Source: an uncultured Polaribacter sp.
GTDB lineage: Bacteria; Bacteroidota; Bacteroidia; Flavobacteriales; Flavobacteriaceae
Assembly (NCBI GenBank): GCA_964410075.1
Contig: CAYPHE010000002.1
Coordinates: 1 to 45,079 of the forward strand
Reading direction: 5' to 3'
Length of the DNA stretch: 45,079 nt
Shown here one piece after another: positions 18,657-31,120 of the stretch. Position 1 is the stretch's first letter, and every line of letters begins with the position of its first letter. A program made the translations under genes and the position numbers. Under the pieces are notes generated by a model. That model was given only the letters and a program-made list of their open reading frames with translations. It ran no database searches and was not told where the DNA came from.

Positions 18657-19904
18657 CTAAAAGTTTCTTTCAATAGCAAAACTAGAAAGGTTTAACGATG
18701 TTTGCTTTTCTGAAATTAATTCTGATATTAATTTTCCTGTTGCAGGTCCTAAACTCCACCCCATCATTGCATGTCCTGTAGCAATGCTTAGATTTAAATA
18801 CTTTAAAGATTTACCAATATATGGTAAGCCATCTGGCGAACATGGGCGCAAACCACAAGCAGCATTAACTTTTTCTGTAGCTGTTATTTGAAGTTTATTA
18901 TAATATGAAGCGCTTGCTTCAGCTATAGCATTTACTCTTACAGGATTTATGTTATGATTTATTCCTGCCATCTCCATTGTACCTGCAAACCTTGTAAACC
19001 CTTCCATTGGTGTTACGGCTACTTTTGCCTCGCATAATATTGTAGGAATGGTAATTTTAGTATCATTTTTTACATCAATACGATATCCTTTCCCTGGCTG
19101 AAGTAACAATTTTAAGCCTAATTTTTCACTAATTTTCGGACTCCAACTTCCTGCCGCTAAAACAACTTCATCGCAACTTAAATGTTGCTTATTTGTAATT
19201 ACTTTAGAAATTTGCTGATTTGTTATTGTAATATCTTCAACTTTTTCATTCTTAAAAATTAGCACACCTTTTCTTTTTAAATGCAAAATCATTTCTTTCA
19301 TAAAACTGTTAGGAGTCATGTGGGCATCAGAATGATAATATACTGCACCTTTACAATTTAAATTAGCTTCGGGTTCTAGTTGCAAAACCTCACTTGCAGA
19401 TAAATTTTCTACTTGTAAACCTTCCTCTATTCCACGTTTTCCTACTTTCCATTCTTCTTCGCCAACTTTATCTGTTTTATAGCACATTAAAAGTCCTTTT
19501 CTTTCTAAATGGAAATTAAAATCGTTCGAATTCTTTAATTCTTGATACAGTTCTCTACTAAGTAAATTGATATCTAATAAAGGCTTAATTGATTTTTCTA
19601 CTTTTAAAGGTGTAGCCGACTTTTTAAAAGCCCAAGCCCATTTTAAGAAATCTACATCTAACCTCGGTTTTATATAAAGCGGACTTTTAGGATTAAACAT
19701 CCATTTTAATCCCTTAGTAATTATACCTGGTGCTGCTAACGAAATAAAGTGACTTGGAGTAATATAACCTGCATTAACATAAGATGCTCCAGAATTCATA
19801 TCAGATTTATCTATAATTGTAACCTGATGACCTTCTTTTTGAAGGTAATATGCTGAACATAAACCAATAATTCCACCTCCAATAATGATTATATTCTTAC
19901 TCAT
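18657..19904 (-). CDS. FAD-dependent D-amino acid dehydrogenase (DadA-like), probable cis-4-hydroxy-D-proline dehydrogenase
   Basis: IIGGGIIG FAD motif, ASYVNAG, GKGY, GLRPCSPDGLP, GHAMMGW; directly follows the Hyp epimerase. Confidence 0.85.
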   Translation of the reverse strand: MSKNIIIIGGGIIGLCSAYYLQKEGHQVTIIDKSDMNSGASYVNAGYITPSHFISLAAPGIITKGLKWMFNPKSPLYIKPRLDVDFLKWAWAFKKSATPLKVEKSIKPLLDINLLSRELYQELKNSNDFNFHLERKGLLMCYKTDKVGEEEWKVGKRGIEEGLQVENLSASEVLQLEPEANLNCKGAVYYHSDAHMTPNSFMKEMILHLKRKGVLIFKNEKVEDITITNQQISKVITNKQHLSCDEVVLAAGSWSPKISEKLGLKLLLQPGKGYRIDVKNDTKITIPTILCEAKVAVTPMEGFTRFAGTMEMAGINHNINPVRVNAIAEASASYYNKLQITATEKVNAACGLRPCSPDGLPYIGKSLKYLNLSIATGHAMMGWSLGPATGKLISELISEKQTSLNLSSFAIERNF

Positions 19905-19912
19905 CTTAAAAT

Positions 19913-20923
19913 TTAAATTACTTGAAAACCGTGAGCATAAGGATCTTCTTTATCGTCTATTATTATAGTATTATACCCATAAATTTTAGCCCAACCCTGT
20001 ATACTTGGTATAATTGCTAATTTGCTATTAAGTGTAGTTACTTTTTCTACCCTACCAATAAATTTACTTCCTATAAAGCTTTCATGAATAAATTCTTCTC
20101 CTTTTTTTAATTTACCCTTAGCATAAAGCTGCGCCATTCTTGCAGAAGTTCCTGTACCACAAGGACTTCTGTCTATGGCTTTATCTCCATAAAAAACAGC
20201 ATTTCTTCCTGATGATTTTGAATCGATCGGAGTACCCGTCCAAAGTAAATGAGATACATCTCTTATGGTTTCATTTTCGGGATGAATAAATTTATTTGAA
20301 TATTTTTGGTTGATCTGTTTACGAATAACCTGTGAATATTGAATAATTTTACTCGCAGAAAAATCTTGAATTCCAGAAAAGTTTTTTTGAGGATCTATAA
20401 TTGCATAAAAATTACCACCGTAGGCAACATCAAAAATTAACTCTCCTAATTCTGGACAAGTTATGGTTAATCCTTCTGCTGCTAAATAACTTTTTACATT
20501 AGTTAATCTCACCCAATCTACTTTAGAATCTGTTTGTTTATAGTCTATTTCAACTAAACCAGCAGGCGTTTCCATTTTAATTTTTCCTGGTATTTTAGGC
20601 TGAACCAAACCTTCTTCTATAGCAATAGTAACAGAACCAATAGTTCCGTGACCACACATAGGCAAACAACCCGAAGTTTCAATAAATAAAATCGCAAAAT
20701 CGTTTTCTGGGTTATGGGGCGGGTACAAAATACTTCCACTCATCATATCATGTCCACGAGGTTCAAACATTAAACCTTTACGAATCCAATCAAATTCTTT
20801 TAGAAAGTATTGTCTCTTTTCACTAATATTTTTACCCTCAAGTTCTGGACCACCTACTTTAACAAGCCTTACCGGATTGCCACAAGTGTGCGCATCTATA
20901 CATTCAAAAGTAGTTCTACTCAT
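19913..20923 (-). CDS. 4-hydroxyproline 2-epimerase (proline racemase family)
   Basis: DAHTCGNP, EPRGHDMMSG, catalytic MCGH and DRSPCGTG (Cys/Cys pair); Hyp specificity inferred from operon context. Confidence 0.92.
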   Translation of the reverse strand: MSRTTFECIDAHTCGNPVRLVKVGGPELEGKNISEKRQYFLKEFDWIRKGLMFEPRGHDMMSGSILYPPHNPENDFAILFIETSGCLPMCGHGTIGSVTIAIEEGLVQPKIPGKIKMETPAGLVEIDYKQTDSKVDWVRLTNVKSYLAAEGLTITCPELGELIFDVAYGGNFYAIIDPQKNFSGIQDFSASKIIQYSQVIRKQINQKYSNKFIHPENETIRDVSHLLWTGTPIDSKSSGRNAVFYGDKAIDRSPCGTGTSARMAQLYAKGKLKKGEEFIHESFIGSKFIGRVEKVTTLNSKLAIIPSIQGWAKIYGYNTIIIDDKEDPYAHGFQVI

Positions 20924-22679
20924 TGTTTACTTTTTCTATATACTTTTTAATTCTGTTTTCTAAAATTGACAAGGTTACTGTTCCTTGTTCTAAAATAATT
21001 TCATGAAATTCTCGGATATCAAATTTTTCTCCTAAAGTCTCCTCTGCTAGTTTACGTAACTCTCTTATTTTTAATTCGCCAATTTTATAAGACAATGCTT
21101 GTCCTGGCCACGAAATGTATCGATCTGTCTCTGTATTTACTTCGTGAATGGATAATGCCGTATTAGAAGTCATGTACTCTACCACCTTTTGTCTAGACCA
21201 TCCTTTTGCATGAATTCCAGTATCAACTACCAATCTACAAGCTCTCCACATTTCGTAAGTTAATTTGCCAAATTGCTCGTAAGGGGTTGTGTACATTCCC
21301 ATTTCATCTGCTAAAAACTCAGCATACAATCCCCATCCCTCTCCGTAAGCAGATAGGTAAAGGTTTTTTCTAAATTTAGGAATACTATCTCCTAATTCTT
21401 TATTCAAACTTCCCTGTAAATGATGCCCTGGCACAGCTTCGTGTACGGTTAATGCTGGCAAAGTATATAATGTTCTACTTGGTAAATTATAGGTATTTAC
21501 CCAATAGTAACCAGGTTCTGTGCTCTCTTTTGACGTTGGCACATAACGCCCCCCTGTATATTTTGGCGCAATGGCATCTGGCACAGGAGCTACTCCATAA
21601 GGCTTTCTAGGAAGTGTTTTAAAAAATTTAGGCAGTTGTGCATCTGCTCGTTTAGCAATGTCTCTTGCCCGCATTAATAATTCGTTTGGTGTTTTGGCAT
21701 AAAACTGTGTATCTGTTCTTAAAAATTTTAAAAAATCAGAAAAACTTCCTTTAAAATTTAAGTCAGTTATTATTTTTTGCATTTCAGATTTTATACGAGC
21801 CACTTCTTTTATACCAATCTCATGTATTTTTTCTGCTGTATAAGAGTTACTTGTTGTATAAAAATTAATTCTATTTTGATAAAATGCTTTACCATTTGGC
21901 AAGTTTAAAGCACCTGTAGATTTTCTTGTATTTGGTAGATATTCATTATCAAAAAAGTGTTTTATTTTTTTAAATTGAGGAATAACAACCGTTTCAACAA
22001 CTTGTTTTGCAGCAAGTAATACAGAATCTTTTTGCGCCGTAGTTAGTTTTTCTGGAAGACGCTTAAAAGGTTTATAATAAAAACTATCTTCATAATTATC
22101 TACAATATGATTGTTATATGTAGACTCGTAACCATTAAAAATAACTCTAGATTGCGACAAGCCTTTTTCTAGACCTTCTTGCATATTTGCAATATGCTGA
22201 TCTACAAAACTTGGTATAGCATTTAACTTATTTAAGTATGTTTTTACTTGTTTGTAATTGGTAAGCTGTTTTACTTCGTAAGTTAAATTGGTATGAAAAC
22301 CTGAATCTGAAAGAAGCGGATTTAAATAACATTCAAATTCATAAAAATTAATTTTATCTTTTAAAATAAAATTGAAAAGCTCGTATGAAATTTGTTCCGT
22401 TTCACTTAAAGTAGCTACATCTATTTCTGATAATTCTTCTAGTTTATTTTTTGCAAATTCAGCCTCGCTTTTATAGAATTCTTTTGTGAAAATACCTAAA
22501 GGATACAACTTCTCATCGTATCCTTTATGGTTTTGATATTCTTCAATTATTGTTTTTAAGCGATCACTCGTATTGCTACTCTTTGTTTCTTTACAACTTT
22601 GAAAAATAATACCAAAAGTTACAACTATAAAAAAATTAATAAAACTTATTCTAGTAGAAAAAATTGATATTCTAGTCAT
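20916..22679 (-). CDS. DUF885 family putative metallopeptidase lipoprotein
   Basis: Lipobox FQSC; HEAVPGHHLQ, EGWGLYAE, WRACRLVVDTGIH, RYISWPGQALSYKIG; 8-bp overlap with the epimerase start. Confidence 0.88.
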   Translation of the reverse strand: MTRISIFSTRISFINFFIVVTFGIIFQSCKETKSSNTSDRLKTIIEEYQNHKGYDEKLYPLGIFTKEFYKSEAEFAKNKLEELSEIDVATLSETEQISYELFNFILKDKINFYEFECYLNPLLSDSGFHTNLTYEVKQLTNYKQVKTYLNKLNAIPSFVDQHIANMQEGLEKGLSQSRVIFNGYESTYNNHIVDNYEDSFYYKPFKRLPEKLTTAQKDSVLLAAKQVVETVVIPQFKKIKHFFDNEYLPNTRKSTGALNLPNGKAFYQNRINFYTTSNSYTAEKIHEIGIKEVARIKSEMQKIITDLNFKGSFSDFLKFLRTDTQFYAKTPNELLMRARDIAKRADAQLPKFFKTLPRKPYGVAPVPDAIAPKYTGGRYVPTSKESTEPGYYWVNTYNLPSRTLYTLPALTVHEAVPGHHLQGSLNKELGDSIPKFRKNLYLSAYGEGWGLYAEFLADEMGMYTTPYEQFGKLTYEMWRACRLVVDTGIHAKGWSRQKVVEYMTSNTALSIHEVNTETDRYISWPGQALSYKIGELKIRELRKLAEETLGEKFDIREFHEIILEQGTVTLSILENRIKKYIEKVNNE

Positions 22680-22697
22680 AACTTTTTAATATAATTG

Positions 22698-24224
22698 TTA
22701 TCCTTTTAAAGCTTCTGGTAATAATTCTTTTGGAAAAGATTGGTAACTTATCGGACGAACCCAACGCTTAATTGAATTGGTTCCTACAGCTGTAAATCTA
22801 GAATCTGTTGATGCTGGGTAAGGTCCACCGTGTTGCATAGAAGGGCAAACTTCTACACCTGTTGGTACTCCATTAAAAATAATACGTCCTACTCTATCTT
22901 CTAATGCATCAATAATAGGATGAAGGTTTGCATACTCTTCTTTTTCTGCTATTATAGTGCCTGTTAATTGCCCTTCTAAACCATTTATAATTGCAATTAA
23001 CTCAGATTCGTTTTCAGCTTTAACAACTAAAGAAAATGGACCAAATACTTCTTGTTGTAATTTTGGATTTTCTAAGAAGTCTTTTCCTGAAACACTTACA
23101 ATTTGAGATGGTGCATAGTTTGGTGCAACTTCATCTTTAATTTTAGCAACGGTCTCTGCACCATTTTGTGAAGATACTTTTGCACCATTTTCTAAAAAAC
23201 CTGCTTTAATGTTTGGATGCAACATGCATTGCGCCTCAATTGCCACGGTTTTATCTGCTAAATCATTTACAAACTGTTCTGTTTTTTTACTAGCTATGGT
23301 TAGTAACAACCCTGGATTGGTACAAAACTGACCAGTTCCTAAAGTAATAGAGCCTGCATATTGAGATGCCAAAGCTTCTGAACGCTTCTCTAAAGCTTGA
23401 GGCGTTATTATTACAGGATTTATACTCCCCATTTCTGCAAAAACAGGAATAGGTTCCTCACGCTCAGCCGCAAGATTAAATAAAGCTCTTCCTCCTCCAA
23501 CACTTCCTGTAAAACCAACTGCTTTTACTTTTGCATGTTTTACTAAAACAGTACCTACTGCTATACTTTTTCCGTTTAAATTTGAAAACACTCCATTTGG
23601 CATTCCTGTATCTTTTGCTGCTTTAATAACTGCATTAGCAACCAATTCTCCTGTTCCAGAATGCATTGGGTGCGATTTTACAATTACTGGACAACCAGCT
23701 GCCAAAGCACTAGCTGTATCTCCACCTGCGGTGGAAAATGCCAGTGGAAAATTACTTGCTCCTAAAACAACTACAGGTCCTAATGGAATAGAGGTTTTTC
23801 TTAAATCTGCTTTTGGTAATGGTTTTCTATCGGGCTCTGCGGCATCAAAAATATTATCTCTCCAAGTTTCATTCTCAATTAATGCAGCGAAAGATCGTAA
23901 CTGGAAAATAGTTCTACCACGCTCTCCAACCGCTCTTCCTTCTGGCAAACCAGATTCTGACATATACATGTCGATTAATGTTGTGTCTAAAGCTAAAATC
24001 TCATCGGCAATGGCATTTAAAAAAGCCGCCCTTTTAGCTCCTGATACTTTTCTAAAAATTTTAAAAGCGTTCCAGGCTAAATTTACTGCCTCATTTACTT
24101 CTTCTTCCGTGGCATCAAAAAACGGTGTTGGGTTTTCAATATTTAGTTTAGGGTTTACGGTTTTATAAGTACTATTACCTGAGGCTTTAAGTGTTTGCCC
24201 GATATAGTTTTTTCCTGTAGTCAT
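22698..24224 (-). CDS. NADP-dependent aldehyde dehydrogenase, alpha-ketoglutaric semialdehyde dehydrogenase type
   Basis: GASNFPLAFS, GFTGS, FAEMGS, GQFCTNPG, EVFGP, HGGPYPAS. Confidence 0.9.
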   Translation of the reverse strand: MTTGKNYIGQTLKASGNSTYKTVNPKLNIENPTPFFDATEEEVNEAVNLAWNAFKIFRKVSGAKRAAFLNAIADEILALDTTLIDMYMSESGLPEGRAVGERGRTIFQLRSFAALIENETWRDNIFDAAEPDRKPLPKADLRKTSIPLGPVVVLGASNFPLAFSTAGGDTASALAAGCPVIVKSHPMHSGTGELVANAVIKAAKDTGMPNGVFSNLNGKSIAVGTVLVKHAKVKAVGFTGSVGGGRALFNLAAEREEPIPVFAEMGSINPVIITPQALEKRSEALASQYAGSITLGTGQFCTNPGLLLTIASKKTEQFVNDLADKTVAIEAQCMLHPNIKAGFLENGAKVSSQNGAETVAKIKDEVAPNYAPSQIVSVSGKDFLENPKLQQEVFGPFSLVVKAENESELIAIINGLEGQLTGTIIAEKEEYANLHPIIDALEDRVGRIIFNGVPTGVEVCPSMQHGGPYPASTDSRFTAVGTNSIKRWVRPISYQSFPKELLPEALKG

Positions 24225-24285
24225 TGTTACTTATTTTTTTAATGTTTTTTAATTTACTCGTTTGTAAACTACTTTTTTTGATAAT

Positions 24286-24307
24286 AGGTATTTTTTACAA
24301 AATACCT
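24286..24307. repeat. Perfect 9-bp inverted repeat in a 199-bp intra-operon gap
   Basis: aggtatttt-ttac-aaaatacct; no T-run follows on the minus strand. Confidence 0.55.
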
Positions 24308-24423
24308 TAAAATGAAAAATCTTTTCTCATAAACATCTCTATAATTGTGATAAACGTGTTATAAAATCTACATATTTGTTTTCTATAAAACGAAGTTTTC
24401 TCATTTTTAAATATTTAAAAAGA

Positions 24424-25380
24424 TCAACTTATTAAGTCCAAAACTTCAAGTCTTTCTTTTGCAAGAATATATCTTGCATGGACATCATCAATTTGCTGTT
24501 TAGTTAATTTCTTACCAAAGGTACGCAGCCCTCCAGCAACATCATTATGGTGAATTCCCATAGCAAGTTTTAAATATTCCAAAAGCAACGGCTGAGCATC
24601 CAGATAGGATATGGAATTTAAAGCCTGAGAAATTTTGTTTGCCTTAGACCATTCCCCATTTAAAACATACTCCTGCATGGTAACACTTGCTTTGGGGAAG
24701 ATACAACCTACACCTGTAATACCACCACACGCTCCAGCGAGTCCTGCATGTACAGTAACTGTATCTACTCCTGCCAAAACTTTTAAATCTTTGTTTTCTA
24801 GCATCAGTGTTTCAATAATTGAAACATCTATAGTCGATATTTTAAGAGCTGTTACATTAGGAAGCACAGAAAGTCTTAAAAGAAGATCCGTTGAAAGCGA
24901 ATGATAACCAGCTGCATCAGGGTTGTTATAAGGCATCATTGTTATACCTATATCCTTTGCAGTTGCTTCAGAAAGAGCATAATACTCATACATCTCTTTT
25001 TCAGAAGGAATCTTCTTAGTTTTTGGCGGCATAACCATTACTGTATCAACTCCTACTGTTGCAAGCCCTTCAATGATTTTGGCAAGTTCTTCCTTAGTTT
25101 CTGCTGAAGCTCCGCTGATTAACGGAACATTGTATTCCTTAGCAACCTCAGAAAGGGATTTAAGTAAAGAAAGGCGCTGTTTGTTACTCAAATAGCTATT
25201 CTCTCCCAGAGTACCAGAACCAACAAGTCCGCTCATTCTACTTCCACCCTTTCCTTGAGCTTTTAAAATACCTGCGGCCTGTTTTTGTGTTGTATCAAAA
25301 TCAATTTCAAGAGTACCAGATTTTGACTCTTTCAACCATGTAAACACTGCAGGCATTACACCATCCCAATTGGATTTCAT
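24424..25380 (-). CDS. DHDPS/NAL family protein, probable delta1-pyrroline-4-hydroxy-2-carboxylate deaminase (divergent)
   Basis: WDGVMPA, GTLGE, MVMPP, PYNNP (Tyr), ALKIS (Schiff-base Lys), AGVD; first gene of the Hyp operon. Confidence 0.78.
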   Translation of the reverse strand: MKSNWDGVMPAVFTWLKESKSGTLEIDFDTTQKQAAGILKAQGKGGSRMSGLVGSGTLGENSYLSNKQRLSLLKSLSEVAKEYNVPLISGASAETKEELAKIIEGLATVGVDTVMVMPPKTKKIPSEKEMYEYYALSEATAKDIGITMMPYNNPDAAGYHSLSTDLLLRLSVLPNVTALKISTIDVSIIETLMLENKDLKVLAGVDTVTVHAGLAGACGGITGVGCIFPKASVTMQEYVLNGEWSKANKISQALNSISYLDAQPLLLEYLKLAMGIHHNDVAGGLRTFGKKLTKQQIDDVHARYILAKERLEVLDLIS

Positions 25381-25472
25381 TTTTTATTCTTTTTAATGAG
25401 TTTTAAAACTATATAAATATTACCATCAACAATACTACTAAATTATTCGTTTTTAGTATTATATTATCCATT

Positions 25473-25506
25473 TATTCAAATTATATTTATATTTTGAATA
25501 TTTTTG
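25473..25506 (+). promoter_or_regulatory. 28-bp near-palindrome overlapping the -7 element of the AraC gene
   Basis: tattcaaa-t-tata-tt-tata-t-tttgaata (25473-25500); TATTTTTG at 25499-25506 matches TAnnTTTG. Confidence 0.45.
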
Positions 25507-25511
25507 TATTA

Positions 25512-26354
25512 ATGAAAGTACACCCTTTTAAAATACCTAAGCCAGAAAATAGCGCATTAATTTATCAAGAAGATATTGAAGCTGTTTTTTATGATAAGTT
25601 ACATCAACATACTGAAATTCAGCTTAGTTTTATAGAAAAAGGAAACGGAACGCTACTGGTAGGTGATCATATTTCTAGTTATGTAGAAAATGATATTTTT
25701 ATTATTGGCAGCAATTTACCACATGCTTTTAAAAGTGATAAACACGGTGTAACTGAATCTAAAATGTTGAGTTTATTTTTTACTGAATCTTCTTTTGGTG
25801 ATACTTTTTTTGAATTGAGTGAATTTACAAAACTTAAACGTTTTTTTGTAAAATCTACTCAAGGTTTGGTTGTAAAAAATAATAAAAGTGAAATTATAGA
25901 ATGCTTTAAAAAACTAAAAAAATCCTCTAAATTAGAACGATTTATTTTGTTTTTAGAAATTTTAAAATACATTGCTACTGCTAAATCTGAAACACTTTCC
26001 ACTTTTATATATGAAAAAACCTATTCTGATAACGAGGGTAACCGTATGCGTCATGTTTTTGAATACACGATGACTAACTATCAAAAAGACATTTCATTAG
26101 AAACTATTGCAAATGAGGCGAATATGACTAAAAATGCATTTTGTAAATATTTTAAAAAACGAACTAACAAAACGTACGTTACCTTTTTAAATGAAATACG
26201 AGTTGAGCATGCCACAAGACTTTTAGAACAACAAGTAGATTTACCCATTATTGAAATAGCTGAATTATCTGGATTTAACAATTTATCTAACTTTAACAGG
26301 CAGTACAAAAAAGTAAAAGGCCACATTCCTTCATTTGTTAGGAAACGTATTTAG
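25512..26354 (+). CDS. AraC family transcriptional regulator, divergent from the Hyp operon
   Basis: Cupin-like LHQHTEIQL..GSNLPH; C-terminal AFCKYFKK..SGFNNLSNFNRQYKK. ATG 25512 is preferred over TTG 25494. Confidence 0.92.
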   Translation: MKVHPFKIPKPENSALIYQEDIEAVFYDKLHQHTEIQLSFIEKGNGTLLVGDHISSYVENDIFIIGSNLPHAFKSDKHGVTESKMLSLFFTESSFGDTFFELSEFTKLKRFFVKSTQGLVVKNNKSEIIECFKKLKKSSKLERFILFLEILKYIATAKSETLSTFIYEKTYSDNEGNRMRHVFEYTMTNYQKDISLETIANEANMTKNAFCKYFKKRTNKTYVTFLNEIRVEHATRLLEQQVDLPIIEIAELSGFNNLSNFNRQYKKVKGHIPSFVRKRI

Positions 26355-27766
26355 TCTTGTTTTCGCTTTTTAAAAGCAGGACTCCAAATGTCTTTATACT
26401 CTGGTTCTTTATTTTGCATGAGTTGTTCGTGAATATGATAGGTAACATCCATCCAAGGCTTTCCTTCTAACCATAAAGGATCCATTAGTTGGTTTTCCCA
26501 ATGATGATAAACAGACAACAAACGATCAACTTGTTTTTTATTTTGTTGAGACAGGTCTTCGGTTTCACTCAAATCATCTTTTAAATTGTACAAAACGGTG
26601 CCGTAATTGTTAAGGTTGATTATTTTATAGTCTCCCATTCTAGCTGCAGACTCGTCTAATTTTCTCCAAAATAAACTTTCGTGAGGATTCCCTTTTTTTT
26701 CACCAGTTACATAAGGCAACAAATTTTTCCCGTCTAATTTTAAAGTTTTGGGTTTGTCTATTTTTGCAGCCGCTATAGAGGTTGTAAAAATATCTAGAGA
26801 AGAAGTTAATCCATTAAAAGTTGTACTTCCTTTGATATTTTTAGGCCAACTTACTACAAACGGAATTCTATGCCCGCCTTCAAATTTGTTACCTTTCCAA
26901 CCTTTTAGAACCCCAGTAGAAGATTGATTGTTATGCGCTCCTCCATTATCACTTAAAAAATAGAGTAGTGTATTTTCTCTTTTACCCAAATCCTCAAGTT
27001 TTTTGAGTAGTTTTCCTATGTTCTGATCTAAATTCCATGTCATGGCTGCTAACTCTTTTCTTGGATGATTTTTAAACTTTTCTAAATCTTCTTTTTTAGC
27101 GTGCATTGGAGTGTGAACTGCATTGTAAGACAAATACATAAAAAATGGTTTCTCTTTTGAATCTTCTATAAATGCAACAGACTGATCTCCTAAAACATCT
27201 GTCATATAACCCTCAAAAACAACACGCTTTCCATTATGTTGTAACATTTTTTCTTTTGATGGGGTTTCTAATGGAAAATAAGAACGACTTCCTGCTAAAA
27301 AACCATAAAACTCATCAAAACCTCTTTGATTAGGATGGTCTGAAGCTGATGCTCCTAAATGCCATTTTCCTAGAGCATAAGTATTATAATTGTTCTTTTT
27401 AAAGACGTCTGCAATAGTTACCACATCATCACTCAAACCAATTCCTCCAGTACCATTAGCCTCAAAACCAAAACGTTGTTGGTATTTACCTGTAATTAAT
27501 CCTGCTCTAGATGGCGCACAAACCGTAGCACTTACATGAGCGTCTGTAAAAATTACACCACTTTTAGCTAACGCATCAATATGAGGAGTTTGCAAATCTT
27601 TACTTCCCATAAAACCAAAATCTACGTAACCCGCATCATCTATTAAAATAACAATAACGTTAGGTAAGTTGCTTTTAGCAACTTTTTTTTCTAAAGTTTC
27701 TGGTTTTGATTTGCACCCAAAACTAACAAGGAAAATGAAAAAAAATATTGAAAGAAAACGATTCAT
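26351..27766 (-). CDS. S1 family sulfatase (Cys-type), lipoprotein
   Basis: PNVIVILIDD, CAPSRAGLITG, GKWHLG, RGFDEFYG, NAVHTP, SDNGG; lipobox SFGC. Confidence 0.93.
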   Translation of the reverse strand: MNRFLSIFFFIFLVSFGCKSKPETLEKKVAKSNLPNVIVILIDDAGYVDFGFMGSKDLQTPHIDALAKSGVIFTDAHVSATVCAPSRAGLITGKYQQRFGFEANGTGGIGLSDDVVTIADVFKKNNYNTYALGKWHLGASASDHPNQRGFDEFYGFLAGSRSYFPLETPSKEKMLQHNGKRVVFEGYMTDVLGDQSVAFIEDSKEKPFFMYLSYNAVHTPMHAKKEDLEKFKNHPRKELAAMTWNLDQNIGKLLKKLEDLGKRENTLLYFLSDNGGAHNNQSSTGVLKGWKGNKFEGGHRIPFVVSWPKNIKGSTTFNGLTSSLDIFTTSIAAAKIDKPKTLKLDGKNLLPYVTGEKKGNPHESLFWRKLDESAARMGDYKIINLNNYGTVLYNLKDDLSETEDLSQQNKKQVDRLLSVYHHWENQLMDPLWLEGKPWMDVTYHIHEQLMQNKEPEYKDIWSPAFKKRKQD

Positions 27767-27793
27767 TAATAAAGATAATTACAAGTTATATGA

Positions 27794-31024
<3,231 letters not shown>

Positions 31025-31038
31025 TTAAAATTTAAGCC

Positions 31039-31076
31039 AAAAAAAACAGATATATGTTTATACATCTGTTTTTTTT
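31039..31076. terminator. Bidirectional terminator-like hairpin
   Basis: A8-CAGATATAT-GTTT-ATACATCTG-T8 on the plus strand; stem has one G-U pair on the minus strand and U-tails on both sides. Confidence 0.75.
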
Positions 31077-31120
31077 AATTCGAGTTTTTATTAAAAATCT
31101 AATTAAATAGTTTCTATAGT

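Noticed and set aside
24339-24404. 21-aa minus-strand mini-ORF MRKLRFIENKYVDFITRLSQL in the Hyp operon gap
   Set aside because: No Pro or other leader-peptide signature and too short to tell from chance.
24424-25380. Calling this gene dapA (lysine biosynthesis)
   Set aside because: GTLGE rather than GTTGE and the Hyp operon context point to a catabolic family member.
25494-25511. TTG start for the AraC gene
   Set aside because: In-frame ATG at 25512 is more plausible, and the extension overlaps a promoter-like box.
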